Origin: Octopus sinensis
Lineage: Eukaryota
Length of the DNA stretch: 64,000 bases
Assembly: GCF_006345805.1 (NCBI RefSeq)
Contig: NC_042999.1
Coordinates: 35,340,001 to 35,404,000 of the forward strand
Direction of reading: 5' to 3'
Position 1 is the stretch's first letter; each line of letters opens with the position of its first letter. A program made the position numbers and the translations under genes. Shown here piece after piece: positions 12,681 through 24,457 of the stretch. Under the pieces are notes generated by a model. That model was not told the origin of the DNA. It saw only the letters and a program-made list of their open reading frames with translations, and searched no databases.

Positions 12681-13841
12681 AAGAAGAAGAAGAAGAAGAA
12701 GAAGAAGAAGAAGAAGAAGAAGAAGAAGAAGAAGAAGAAGAAGAAGAAGAAGAAGAAGAAGAAGAAGAAGAAGAAGAAGAAACTACGATCAGTTTGTAAG
12801 ACATGTGAACGGCAAGACAGATACAAAGGACCGGTGTCTATCGAGCAGGAGGAGTGACCTGAAGATAGAGACAGAAGCACTTATATGCGCAGCTCAAGAA
12901 CAACTATCTGAAGTACAGAATAGACAACACTATCGACAGCGAAAAATGCAGAACGTGTGGTGGGAGGAGTGAAATGGTATTGGCACATCGAACTGGCAGA
13001 AACGTTAGCACGTCGGGCGAAATGCTTAGCGGTATTTCGTCTGCGTTACGTTGGGAGTTCAAATTCCGCTGAGGTCGACTTTGCCTTTCATTCTTTCGGG
13101 GTCGATAAATTAAGTACCAGTTACGCACTGAGGTCGATGTAATCGACTTAATACCTATGTCTGTCCTTGTTTGTCCCTCTTTGTTTAGCCCTTGTGTGTA
13201 ATAAAGAAATAGGTATTGGCACATCGTTAGGGAATGCTCGAAATTGGCACAACGCGAATACAAAAGACGTCGTGACAATCTGACTAGAATGAACCATTGG
13301 GAGCTCTATGAAAATCACGGCTTACAAAGAGCAAAGATGTGGTATGAGCAAACCCCCGAAGGAGTCACCGAGAATGAGGATTGCAAAATTTTGTGGGATG
13401 CAATGATCAAGTGCAGTCACCTGACCAGACGTCGGAAGACGGACATTGTTGTGGTGAATAAAAAAGAAAGAGCATGAATGATAATCGACATAGCATGGCC
13501 CAGTGACAACAGGATCAACGTGAAAGAAGAAGAAAAAATAAACAGCTATGACGATTCGAAGAAGGAATTACGAAGGTTGTGGTCAATGAGGAAAGTAGAG
13601 ATGATACCAATAGTAATTGGTACACTTGGAAGTATCAGCACTCAACTACCAACATGGTTTAAAAAATCGGTGCGTGGGTAAAGGTAGAACACCTACAGAA
13701 ATCAGTATTACTTGAAACTACAAGAATTCTTCGCAAGGTTCTTGAAGCATGACCAGTAAACAAGTGCCACCTTTGTCTGTTGGTCGTGAACAGCTGACAC
13801 TTTTCATCATACCCAGCAAAAGAAGCTGTGAGTTTTCATCA

Positions 13842-13912
<71 letters not shown>
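11261..13912 (+). repeat. ~1.3-kb near-identical tandem duplication: compound (TAA)n(TAG)n(GAA)n plus degenerate R4-like CCHC-REL 3' fragment with a SINE
   Basis: 11479-12540 and 12782-13842 differ at only about nine positions by eye. Peptides include KCSTCGGRSEMV, KILWDAMIKCSHL...DIVVV and IIDIAWPSD...Y...RLW...IPIVIGTLG. Confidence 0.9.
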
Positions 13913-13914
<2 letters not shown>

Positions 13915-14539
13915 TGTCCTTCTACATATATTGTATAATGTATCTCGCCCTTTCCTTCTAATTTGTAAACGTTGTTTTTCAAACTTCACATTTTCATTTC
14001 TTTGTACCTCTTGTGAAAGTTGTGTATTTTTTATACGCCTTCGAACTCTTGTGGTTAATAAAGAAAAGATCATCATTATTATTATTATTACTCTTTGTCG
14101 TATAGGTTGTAAGAAGTTATTACTTTCTGTTGGATAGATTACAGGGATAACAGTTGATAAAATTATGGTAGATAAAGTGCTGAGTGAAACTAATACATCT
14201 TAAAGCAGGTGTTGACGACAGCATCTGTCATTGAAATTATATTCATTACAATTTCTGTAATGGAATCTAATTGAATCAACTCGATGTAAGTCGTTGAAGT
14301 AGTTCTCACAAATATTTATCAAAATCTAAACTTCAGTTTCTGAGCGATAGCAATAACAAATGTTACTGTGTCTATTATAAAAGTAGGATGTCCTCAGAAA
14401 TCAATATAATCACAAATGAATCTTATTCCAATGATTCCTGAATGAACACATCCTTTCCTTTTTTAATAGTGGCGCATTAACTTACATATCTTTCTTAACA
14501 ACTTCGTTATAATTTTCTCAGTCCTCGTGCTACCAATCA

Positions 14540-14854
14540 CTTATCATTATTTATTTTTTCTTCTTTCAAATTTGCTTCCATTTCTTGCCGAGTGTCTTCC
14601 CGACTCCTAGGGCAAAGAAACTCATAGTATACATTGGTAGGCCATTAAACTAGACTCAATAGTTCGTTCATTTTTTTTTTAAGTTAAATTAAAATACATG
14701 GGTAGTAATAGTTCTCACATCGACAATGCTCTTCTCAATACGTGTGATGTACCAGTTAAGACAATCTTTTGCACGTCTTGCAGGGATGGTAAGCCAGGGA
14801 TCATTCTCATATAATTTTCGGTTCCCTTCTTGATCATTCCTAGTGCTCCTACGA

Positions 14855-14915
<61 letters not shown>

Positions 14916-15263
14916 GACGGCGAGCTGGCAGAATCGTTGGCGCACCGGACAAAGTTCTTAGCAGCATTTCGTCCGTCTTTACGTTCTGAGTCCATATTCC
15001 ATCGAGGTTGACTTTGCCTTTCATCCTTTCGGATTCGATAAAATAAGTACCAGTTGAGTACTGGGGTCGATGTAATTAGCTATCCCCATCCCACCAAATT
15101 TCAGGCCTTGTGTCTATAGCAAAGACTATTATTATTATTATTGAATGAGAGGGAAGCGCGTAGCATGTAAGTGACGCTAGGGTACAATATACGAAGTCAA
15201 TGTACCCATTATGATTACCCACCTTATAAGGGTATACCAGGCACATGCGCGACATGGTGGACC
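14540..15263 (-). mobile_element. Inverted copy of the 8535-8970 block fused to the last ~315 nt of the 8972-11260 LINE
   Basis: Reverse complement of 14540-14857 matches 10945-11260. Reverse complement of 14860-15263 matches 8535-8970, including private SINE variants (cgaatccgaaagg, aactttgtccggtgcgcc, gtcaacctcgatgg). Confidence 0.88.
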
Positions 15264-16978
15264 TTACTACACCACGATGTTTTAGATAAATTTGAGCCTC
15301 ATACGTACAAGTTTTGTGTCGCCTCTGTACACTTTCATTTGATTTCGACACTATTTGGCCAAGAAACTTACCCCTTATTACATAATATAACTGTGAATAT
15401 ATTCACTGAGTTTACGACGACTTGCATATTTATTCTTAATACGTTCCGACAGATTCGAACGCAAATATGTTAATCACTGTCACAAGAATACAGCTTTTCG
15501 TTTACGACACCTATGAGTTCATAACACACTTGATTCATTGAAGAAAAGGATTCTAGTACACCGGTGTTTCGATATGTTGTATCAGCTAGAAGTTGTAATT
15601 TCAGTGAACAGGCTGTTCGTTGATCCATACTGATATCTGCCAACCGATAATAAATCGTCATTTGTACGGTGATCAGCGAGATTCGAAACAAGGACTTGTA
15701 TATTCATTCTTAATATATTCCAATTCATCGTCTCGTAGAATACTCACTATTTATAAGTTTCATCCTTCAATTTAATTAGATTGATTATTACTTAACCAAA
15801 TAATTGATCTAGTTTCATCTTTTCTACATATATATTATATCGATCGTATATGAACGTATTTGTGTCGTTCAGTTTTATGTAAATTAACGGAAAATTTAAA
15901 TTATGGGTATAATACTATAGTTTAAAAAATCCACTGCAGTGAGAAATAATGGAATAAGGACAGGTGCTTAAATATTTTAGCTGTTATTTTATATAAAACA
16001 AATATCTGTGCATATATTTGCTTTATATATATATTTAGATTTAATTAAATATTCGTTTTATATTTACTAAGAGCATGGCCGTAGTCTGAAGCAAGTAAAA
16101 GACTAAAGATATATTGGTAACATTTGAATATTGTGTTTTTTGGAGGGGAAAGATTCGGATGAAGAGGATGATGTTGATGAAGAGAACGAAAGTTGGATAA
16201 AGCTCGATATTTTTAGTGATTTGTTGAAGTTATATTCTAAATTCGAATCACAGAGAGGCATTGCCGTTACAAATGATGAATCAACAGTAGACTATATGCA
16301 AAATGGTGGGAAATCCGTTGTGGAAATTTTTTATGAGGGATGCAATGCTGTACTGCTGCTCAAACACACCCGTCGCCTGACTTTGGTGCCTGGTGGTGCT
16401 TCAGAATATTCTGGGTGGGCACTAACTTGTAATAATGCTAATGTGGAGTCACTATAATGGAGTAAATCTGAGCTGCACCACTGAGTAGTGAGGGGGGCAG
16501 TGCCGTCCAGTGCACCCCCTTAGCCACGGACATGCGCAAACAATTATCAGACTATGAAAGAACAAAATAAAAACAAAAGAACAAAAAGGAATCATGAGGA
16601 TCGAAAAATATTTCATCGTTCCACACCTCACCAAGAAGAATCAATTATATTTGTGAAAATATTAATTATTGCTAATTCAAATTTTCAGCGAAAAGATCTA
16701 TTGTTGACCTGAAGCAGATGGCAGACAGCTAAAAGATAAATGATTTAGACATTTCCTCCTTCGTTTCGTATAGTTATGTTTTCGTCAGAACAGGAAATTA
16801 ATAAAATCAATACTCAAAATTAAGATGTTTAACATCAATTAATAAGAAACTAACTCCTCTAATATTATGTCCTATTTTAAATATATACATTTACAAGTAA
16901 ACGATTTTGAAATTGTTTCAGCAAGTTGCAATATTCAGCTCCTTTATAACTTTTATAAATATTGTTACATTAGTTAAT

Positions 16979-17288
16979 CACATCACGTGATCACGTGACC
17001 GACCAGACAATCAGATGTTGTTACACATCGCTGGTCACAATGCGTTCGCATTGTTTTAGCCTTCGAATGACGCCACCCCGCTGGCTAAGCGAGCAGGCCA
17101 ACAGAAGAAAGAGTGGGAGAAAGAGTGGTGAAAGAGTACAGCAGGGATCACCACCCCCTGCCGGAGCGTCGTGAAGCTTTTAGGTGTTTTCGCTCAATAA
17201 ACACTCACAACGCCCGGTCTTGGAATCGAAACCGCGATCCTGCGATCGCGAGTCCGCTGCCCTAACCACTGGGACATTGCGCCGCCAC
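16979..17288 (-). mobile_element. tRNA-derived SINE (octopus OR-like head, tail type 2)
   Basis: Same head as 4862-5241 but a different 3' half. 12-bp TSD acattagttaat at 16967-16978 and 17289-17300. Confidence 0.9.
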
Positions 17289-17329
17289 ACATTAGTTAAT
17301 AAATACTTATAATTCTTTCCCAAAATATA

Positions 17330-18030
17330 AAGATCTTCAGACAAGCATAGTAACGTATCATACTACTTTCGATGATATAACTAAAGACAACCTTTTAGAT
17401 ATTACCCTTAACTTATATAATGATTCATATTTCCAATACTATAAACCCTCAACTAATTTTAAATATATTAGCTTTTTCACTTATCATCCTAAGACTATTA
17501 CAAGAAACTTAGTAAGAAATATTTCACTTAGACTTTCTAGATTGTCTGCTAATGTTGATATCTTTAACGATAAAGCCGATTTGTATAACTTTGCCTTACT
17601 TAGAGAAGGCTATAAAGAAAAAATAACGTATATTAACCCTATTAACATTAATTATGCTTCTATTAATCAGGACCTGAAAACACATTATAACGGTAATAAC
17701 AATATAAATTTTTGTTCGAATAATAAAAATAAATCGAAAATGTATTTTTGCAGCGTAAGGGAGATAACTGTTCCTTATTTCCTTTTATACGTAATAAAAA
17801 TAAGTCTAGGACTTTTAAAGATAATTACCCAAACAACTAGGTGGGTTTTAGTAAAACAATTTGGTTGATCATTCCATTTCGTAAGCAGATCAAATTCAAC
17901 CTCCCTTATCAGTTTCGTGAAGCTATAGATAAGAATTTTCCAAAAAATTCCAGATTTTTTCCATTATCAATTCACACCGAATTAGGATAGGTTTTTCAAA
18001 CACCAAAATCCTTTCACAAATATGATGCAT
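17330..18030 (+). mobile_element. Degenerate Penelope-like RT C-terminal/linker fragment
   Basis: Peptides YYKPSTNFKYISFFTYHPKTITRNLVRNISLRLSRLSAN and REAIDKNFPKNSRF...IRIGFSNTK resemble the PLE RT thumb and linker (recognised by eye). Confidence 0.6.
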
Positions 18031-18369
18031 AACTCCGGATGGAGGACTACTGGTTCAAGATAAAGCCTACAGGCACGGAAGTACCATCGAGTGAGACTAT
18101 CCGAGATGTGCGCAGAACGACGGAAAGTGCTGCATGCAATCGTACAATGTCCGAGCATTACTGGCAACTATTGTCCGAGCATTACTGATAACTGTTGTTG
18201 TGTGTAGGATGGATCCTATTATTAGATGAATCAATCATGAAGTTTGACCCCCGCCCTCTTTTAAAACAGCTGAGAAGACAATGCTCCTCTGTCTGCTAGC
18301 TACAGCATGAAGATTTCTGTTTTAGTCGAGGCTGAAAGGATTAAGGACAGACACTTTTATTCGATCAAG

Positions 18370-18797
18370 ACCTCTGCGACTTTTTCAAGTCCCACTTCAA
18401 AAGGAAAGTCAGGGCAGAGAGGGAAGAGCTCTCCTCCAGTGAATTTGTCAGGTGGGTGAATGTAGTGAACATGGTTAGAATGAATTGATGAATTCTAAAT
18501 ACGCACCTGTAGATTAGAGAACAACATTTGGCTGAGAGCTCGTACATTTGGTGGTCAGGGTGATCTTGAATCTGTGGGGTTCCTTGCCTGATCTTAGTTG
18601 GAGGCTCTTTTGCATTAAAAGGACTGCTTCATCTATGCTGTCACATAGTTTTGTATACTAATGTATATTTGTTCATCTCATATATTCCTCATCCCCACTC
18701 CCCTTTTCTTTTTCTTTTATTGTTTTAATGTAAACACCAACACAAATTGTAGCCTGTTCTTGTAATGCTCATTCGTCGATGCCCCTGTGGCAAATAA
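18370..18797 (+). mobile_element. 3' end of a Tx1/L1-type LINE (ORF2 C-terminus plus 3' UTR)
   Basis: Reads LCDFFKSHFKRKVRAEREELSSSEFVRWVNVVNMVRMN-stop, then a pyrimidine-rich UTR ending tgcccctgtggcaaataaa. Confidence 0.55.
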
Positions 18798-19299
18798 ACG
18801 GTTGTAGTTGTTGCTGCTGCTGCTGCAGTTGATGTTGTAAATTCCTTTAACAAAAATGAGACAATAATAATTCCATATAAAACCTGCTAATAAATAGCAA
18901 TTTTTAAAGTAATTGATAGTTAGCTTTAGTCATTTTTTCTTCATTTTGTCAATTCTGCCCATTAATTAATTATTGACGCCATAATTGTAAATGTTCACAT
19001 TGTTCTTGTTGTTGACCATTATTATTGTTGTTTGCATTGTTATTGTTGTTTGCATTGTTATTGTATTTATTTGAGCTGCCAAAGTAGGTGTTATTAATCA
19101 TGATGTCCTTCTACTCATTTGTTCAGTACATAGTTTTCTGTTTTAAAAAATCGAAATTAAAAACATTTACAATGAGAAACTACATTTGTTGTATCTGAGG
19201 TATAAAAGCAAAACAAAAATCAAAACTAAGAAAGTCAATTTGTGGAAATAAATACTATCACTGTTATATTCTCAATATCTTCTCTAATTCTATAGTGGA

Positions 19300-20500
19300 T
19301 GTACATACAGCCTTATTAATCCTTATAGAGAATGCAAAACTGTGTTCCTCTATAAACGGAGGTTCGAGAACAAGCTCTACATCATATTGCTCACTTTATA
19401 AATCATCTCAGCTATTTCATCTAGGTCGTTCCATAGGACGCCCCAAGACAGTTTCCACACGTTTTCCCCTTCTTCCGTAATGGTCCTCAGCTCCTGTACC
19501 CCTTCCATACCAATATCTTCCTTGGTTCTTCCTTCTGCTGGTTGCCAGAGCACTAGCTTGTTAGCAATTTTCACCGGTGTGTCTGATGCAGTGTCCACCT
19601 AGCCTCATTCTTCTATGCTGTATCTTCAATGCTACTTTTGGTAGTCCCTGGTATAAGTCGGCGTTTATTGTATGACTCTTCTAGGAGACATTGAGTGCCG
19701 TTCTAAGCACCCTTGCATAACAACCATCCAACTGCCTCTTCAATGCTTTAGTGAGCGTCCATGTTTCAGCCCCGTATAGAACAGACTCTACTGTTGTTAG
19801 AAACAACCTCACTTTCAATTCCCTTGCTAACTTTGAACTCCATACCTTTCTCAATTTATGGAATGCACTCCAGGCAAGAGCTTTCCTTGCTACGTCTTTT
19901 TCAGTACTTTGTGTCCACGCACCAAGGTATTTGAAATTTTCAACTACCTTGAGCGACTTACCGTCTCTCACTTTCACTGACAGACATTTCGTGACTGAAT
20001 ACATTCAGCTCTGTTTTGTTTGCATTACAGTACACTCCTACCTTTCCTGATTCCTGCTCTAATCTGCTCAACACCTCCAGTACCTGATCTGTCCTCTCTG
20101 TTAGTAATGCCAGGTCATCAACATAACCTAGCTCAGTTACTGTTACTGCTTGATGCCATCTATTTCTTTGCCCTCGTACAATCTACACATTACATAGTTC
20201 AGAACAATGGCGAAGAGATAAGGTGCTAGTGTGTCGCCTTCTAATACTCCGGCACTGACTTCAAAATATTCCATCTCTCCAACAGGAGTGATCACTTTCG
20301 CTCTGGTGTTCTCATACCGCTTATTTATTGCTCTCAGAATTCTTGGTGGAATATCATATGCTTTAAGTGTCTTCATCATCATTCCTCTGTGTACTGCATC
20401 AAAAGCCTTTTTAAAGTCTACATAGATAATGATAGCCTTCCTGTTATAGCTCTTAACTCCCTCTATAAGTGCAACAATGTGAGATGTTGTTGACTATCCT
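19300..20500 (-). mobile_element. Degenerate RTE-clade LINE RT fragment
   Basis: Peptides EYFEVSAGVLEGDTLAPYLF, LKVVENFKYLG and VESVLYGAETWTLTK...LDGCYARVLRTALNVS. Confidence 0.85.
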
Positions 20501-22449
20501 GATCTGAGTTGCTTAATATGAACAAAAATTAGTCCAATCAAATGTGTTGATTCGTAACCAACAGTCAGAGAAGTATAATCAACAGTCGAGTGATATCTTT
20601 GAGTTCAAAACACAAACTAAATTTTTTAGAGTCTTCATTGCGTCCATTCCTCTGGATTTTAAAATATCTGATAAATTGAAATTCCGAAGTTGTATTTGTC
20701 AAGCAAGTGACTTGATCTAAAATCATATTGAAACATTTGATGACACACAAAACTGTTAAATCTAAACTCATTTCATGAGGTAGCAAAATTTTCGACTTAC
20801 AATTTTTATTTGATCACTGATAACTTTATAAATGATCCTAGAAAGATAATATGTCACAACTACATAACCTAAGAACTACATAACCTGAGAATAAAATGAA
20901 TCACTTGGACAAAATATGAACTGAGATGACTGATATCGAGTTAACTATTAAAATATAGTCTCAAATGTTATGGTTTGTAGCGGGCGTTTCTTTATATTCT
21001 GGGAATGACACGTACATCTATGTATCTTCTGTTTTAAGAAGAGGTAGTTAATATGTGCAATCTTATGGTTTTAGATTATCCTGACAAAATATATCCTCTA
21101 AATAACGTATCAAAATTTCCTCTAAACAGCCAACAAGTAAAAGTATTTGAGTCATTGAAGATAGAACTAGCTAATGCTGCCATTCAAATAGTATTCTATT
21201 TACTGTTGAGATGGATGCTTTGGACTTTGCTATATCTGCAACACTAAATCAAGGTGGAAGACCAGTCGCATTCCATTCTCGCTCGCTAAAAGGTAGCGAA
21301 CAGTACCACTCCTCTGTTGATAAGGAAGCCCAAGCAATTATCGAATCAATTCATCATAGGAGACACTTTCTTCTAGGTAGACATTTCACGTTAATTACTG
21401 ATCAACGTTCTGTTGCATTCATGTATAATTATAAAGCGACGAGCAAAATTTAAAATGATAAAATTTTGAGATGGCGCATTGCGTTATCTCTATACACATA
21501 TGGTATTCACTATCGCCCAGGATCTAGTAACATCGCTCCGGTTGCATTCACTAGGGTACGCTCTTCAGCAATCAATTCACATTCATTTTATGAGTTACAT
21601 GCAGCACTGTGCCATCCTAGTGTAATACACCTTCATCAATTCGTCCGCAGTAGAAATCTTCCATATTCGTTGGAGAACGTGAAACAAATTTGTAGAAATT
21701 GCTCTATATGTCAAGAAGTGAAGCCACTATATTTAAACCAAACTTAGTTAAATTAATTAAGACCACACAGCCATTCGAGCAAATTTCAATCGATTCCAAA
21801 GGCCGGATTCCTTCCACGAAGCATCCTTACCTTCTAACAATCGTTGACGAATACTCTTGGTTTCCGTTTGGTTATCCAGTATCTGACACATCAGCTCAGA
21901 CTGTAATAAGATGTTTTACAAACTAGTTTTCAGTTTTCGGTATTCCCAGTTATGTACATTCCGATCGTGGAACTGGCTTTATGTCTACAAAATTGAGAGA
22001 ATGGCTCCTTAGTAAGGGCATTGCAACAAGTAGGAAAACAAGTAGGGAACAGTCAAGTAGAAAGATATAATGGTATTATTTGGAAATTAGTACTGCTCTC
22101 TTTGAAAACTCGTGCCCTTCCAGTATCTTCATGGAAAACAGTTCTTCCAGACGCGCTACATTCAATCAGATCTCTACTTTGTACTCCACCAACGCCACTC
22201 CTCGTGAACATCTTTATTCTCTTTTATTCTCTTTCTCTTTTACTTGTTTCAGTCATTTGACTGCGGCCATGCTGTAGCATCGCCTTTAGTCGAGCAAATC
22301 GACCCCAGGACTTATTCTTTGTAAGCCCAGTACTTATTCTATATCGGTCTCTTTTTTGCCGAACCGCTAAGTGACGGGGACGTAAACACACCAGCATCGG
22401 TTGTCAAGCAATGCTAGGGGGACAAACACAGACACACAAACACACACAT

Positions 22450-22516
<67 letters not shown>

Positions 22517-22997
22517 CTATATATATATATACGACAGGCTTCTTTCAGTTTCCGTCGACCAAATCCACTCACAAGGCATTGGTCGGCCCGGGGCTATAGC
22601 AGAAGACACTTTGCCCAAGATGCCACGCAGTGGGACTGAACCCGGAACCATGTGGTTGGTTAGCAAGCTACTTTATTTCAAAACATTTGCCATAAAGGCA
22701 GTACACAGATTAAGTTAGCTTTGCGGGCTGGACGAGGACATTAATGAAGTGAATGATAATGAAAGACAGATGATAAGGATGGGAGAAGACAAAAAGCGCC
22801 CTCCGACTTTCGCTTCTCTAAAACATTGTTCTTTTTAAAGATAAACACAAAACGAGGTATTAAACCTCTTACAATTTTTCCAATTTTTGGACTTAGCAGT
22901 CCATTATTAATAAAAATGCAAAACGAGGTATTAAACCTCTTTCAATTTTCCAATTTTTGGACTTAGCAGTCCATTATTAATACTAACAGTTCAATAA

Positions 22998-24172
22998 TTA
23001 CATATCGTCCTCGAAATAGTTTGTGCCCGCGCCCTCCACCATCATACACGCCTCCCTCAGAACGTAATCAAGTTCCGAGTTCGCGTCGCCCGGGACCAAG
23101 CTATAATCTTCATTGAGCTCCTTTAGCCCAAGCGTCACGTCGAACGCCACGGCCTCCACAGCTATCTGCGGAGGCCATTCGGGGTCCTGTGTGAAGGCTA
23201 AAGGAGCTCCCTTGTGGTACTCTTCCATCATTTTTTTTTCAATTTCTCCTCCTCTATAGAAGAGGACCAATACGTTCAGTTCTTTCGTTGGCGGCACAGT
23301 TCCCGCCAACGTCTGCGGCTCATGGATATCAGCCGCCCGACCTTTCTTTCTTTTTCCTCCTTCTTTTGGGGGAGACTGCTGACCCAGGGGACTCCGTCAC
23401 CAGACACGGGGGATCGCTATCCCCCTCCGCCACCTGAGCGTTCTTTGGCGAGCAGCCATTGTTGCTCGCCTGTCTCTTTCTTTTCGTGGAGGCAACCTCC
23501 TCCACGACTTCCACCGTCTCCCCCCAATGAGGGGGCGGCGGGCGCCTTTTCCCCTTCATGCTCCGGGGCACCACCACGGCCCCCGGGACAATTCCTCTTG
23601 ATATGTCCGGGCTTCAGGCACAGGTGACACTTGGGGGGGCGTCCCTCGAGTTTCACCGGGTACCTGTGCCCAGCCATTCTCAGGAAGTCCGGGAATTTCA
23701 TTTCTCCCACGGCCACCGGTGTCCACAGGGTCAAAGTTGCCTTTGACCCCTCCCAGGCGACCGCGGGAGCCATTTTCACACTCAGTAGCCTGGGTCCGCT
23801 ATCCCCCAGGCCTCGCCGGATGGTCTTCTCGATCCATTCCGCCTCCGTGCCCGGGGGCAGCCCACAACCCAGGCTCTTTTTACTTTTCTGCCACAATACG
23901 AGGGGAGGAACAAAATTTCCTCTCCCTCCAGTGGCTCGCTAGCAAATCTGCTAGCTTCCTCGGGGGTACCAAACAGCAACCACACCGTTGCAAATTTACT
24001 CCCCCGAGAAATAAACTTTATCGTTGGTAGGTGGTCCCCCAACTCTTTCTCTATGGTGCTCCTGTCGAAGAGGGCGATAGCTCCACGCGACCTAGAATAG
24101 GTCAAGACTTTCAATCCACTGCTTGGGTGGGACAACCTCCCATTCCAAAGCAGTGGTTTCTTTTGTTGCCAT
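22998..24172 (-). pseudogene. LINE ORF1 (gag-like) protein with CCHC zinc knuckle; about three frameshifts
   Basis: Probable start MATKETTALEWEVV at 24172, continuing IALFDRSTIEKEL...FATVWLLFGTPEEASRF, RPPKCHLCLKPGHIKRNCPG (C-x2-C-x4-H-x4-C), KRRRKKK, and ending YFEDDM-stop at 22998. Confidence 0.8.
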
Positions 24173-24343
24173 GATTTTGAAAAAAAGTTCAACTAAAAGT
24201 TCAAAGTCCAATAAGAAAAAAACACAATGACAGAACAGAAAGACAGAACAGAGAAAAGGACGAAGGAAGACAGTTCAAATAATGGCAACACAGTTCTGCA
24301 ACTGGTAATCCTCACGAAACAGGGTACTCCTAGTTGCAGCACA

Positions 24344-24457
24344 CTTGGTTCTCCGTGGTAAATCCAAGCACAATTGGTTCTCCGTGGTAAATCCAAGCAC
24401 AATTGGTTCTCCGTGGTAAGTCCAAGCACAATTGGTTCTCCGTGGTAAATCCAAGCG
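24344..24457 (-). repeat. Four tandem 29-bp units in the 5' UTR of the ORF1-only element
   Basis: Unit cttggatttaccacggagaaccaattgtg, head-to-tail with no spacers. Confidence 0.9.

Noticed and set aside
15602-15612. Second occurrence of cagtgaacagg, the non-canonical core seen at 34917-34925
   Set aside because: The flanking stems are absent and the context resembles a decayed SINE/RTE tail, so it is probably coincidental.
16131-16457. 108-aa ORF with an acidic stretch and an NDEST word reminiscent of hAT transposase DEST motifs
   Set aside because: The similarity is only a few residues and no TIRs or further motifs were found. It cannot be assigned without a search.
24344-24457. 29-bp repeats as a CRISPR array
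   Set aside because: The units are head-to-tail with no spacers, there are no cas genes, and the context is a eukaryotic LINE 5' UTR.
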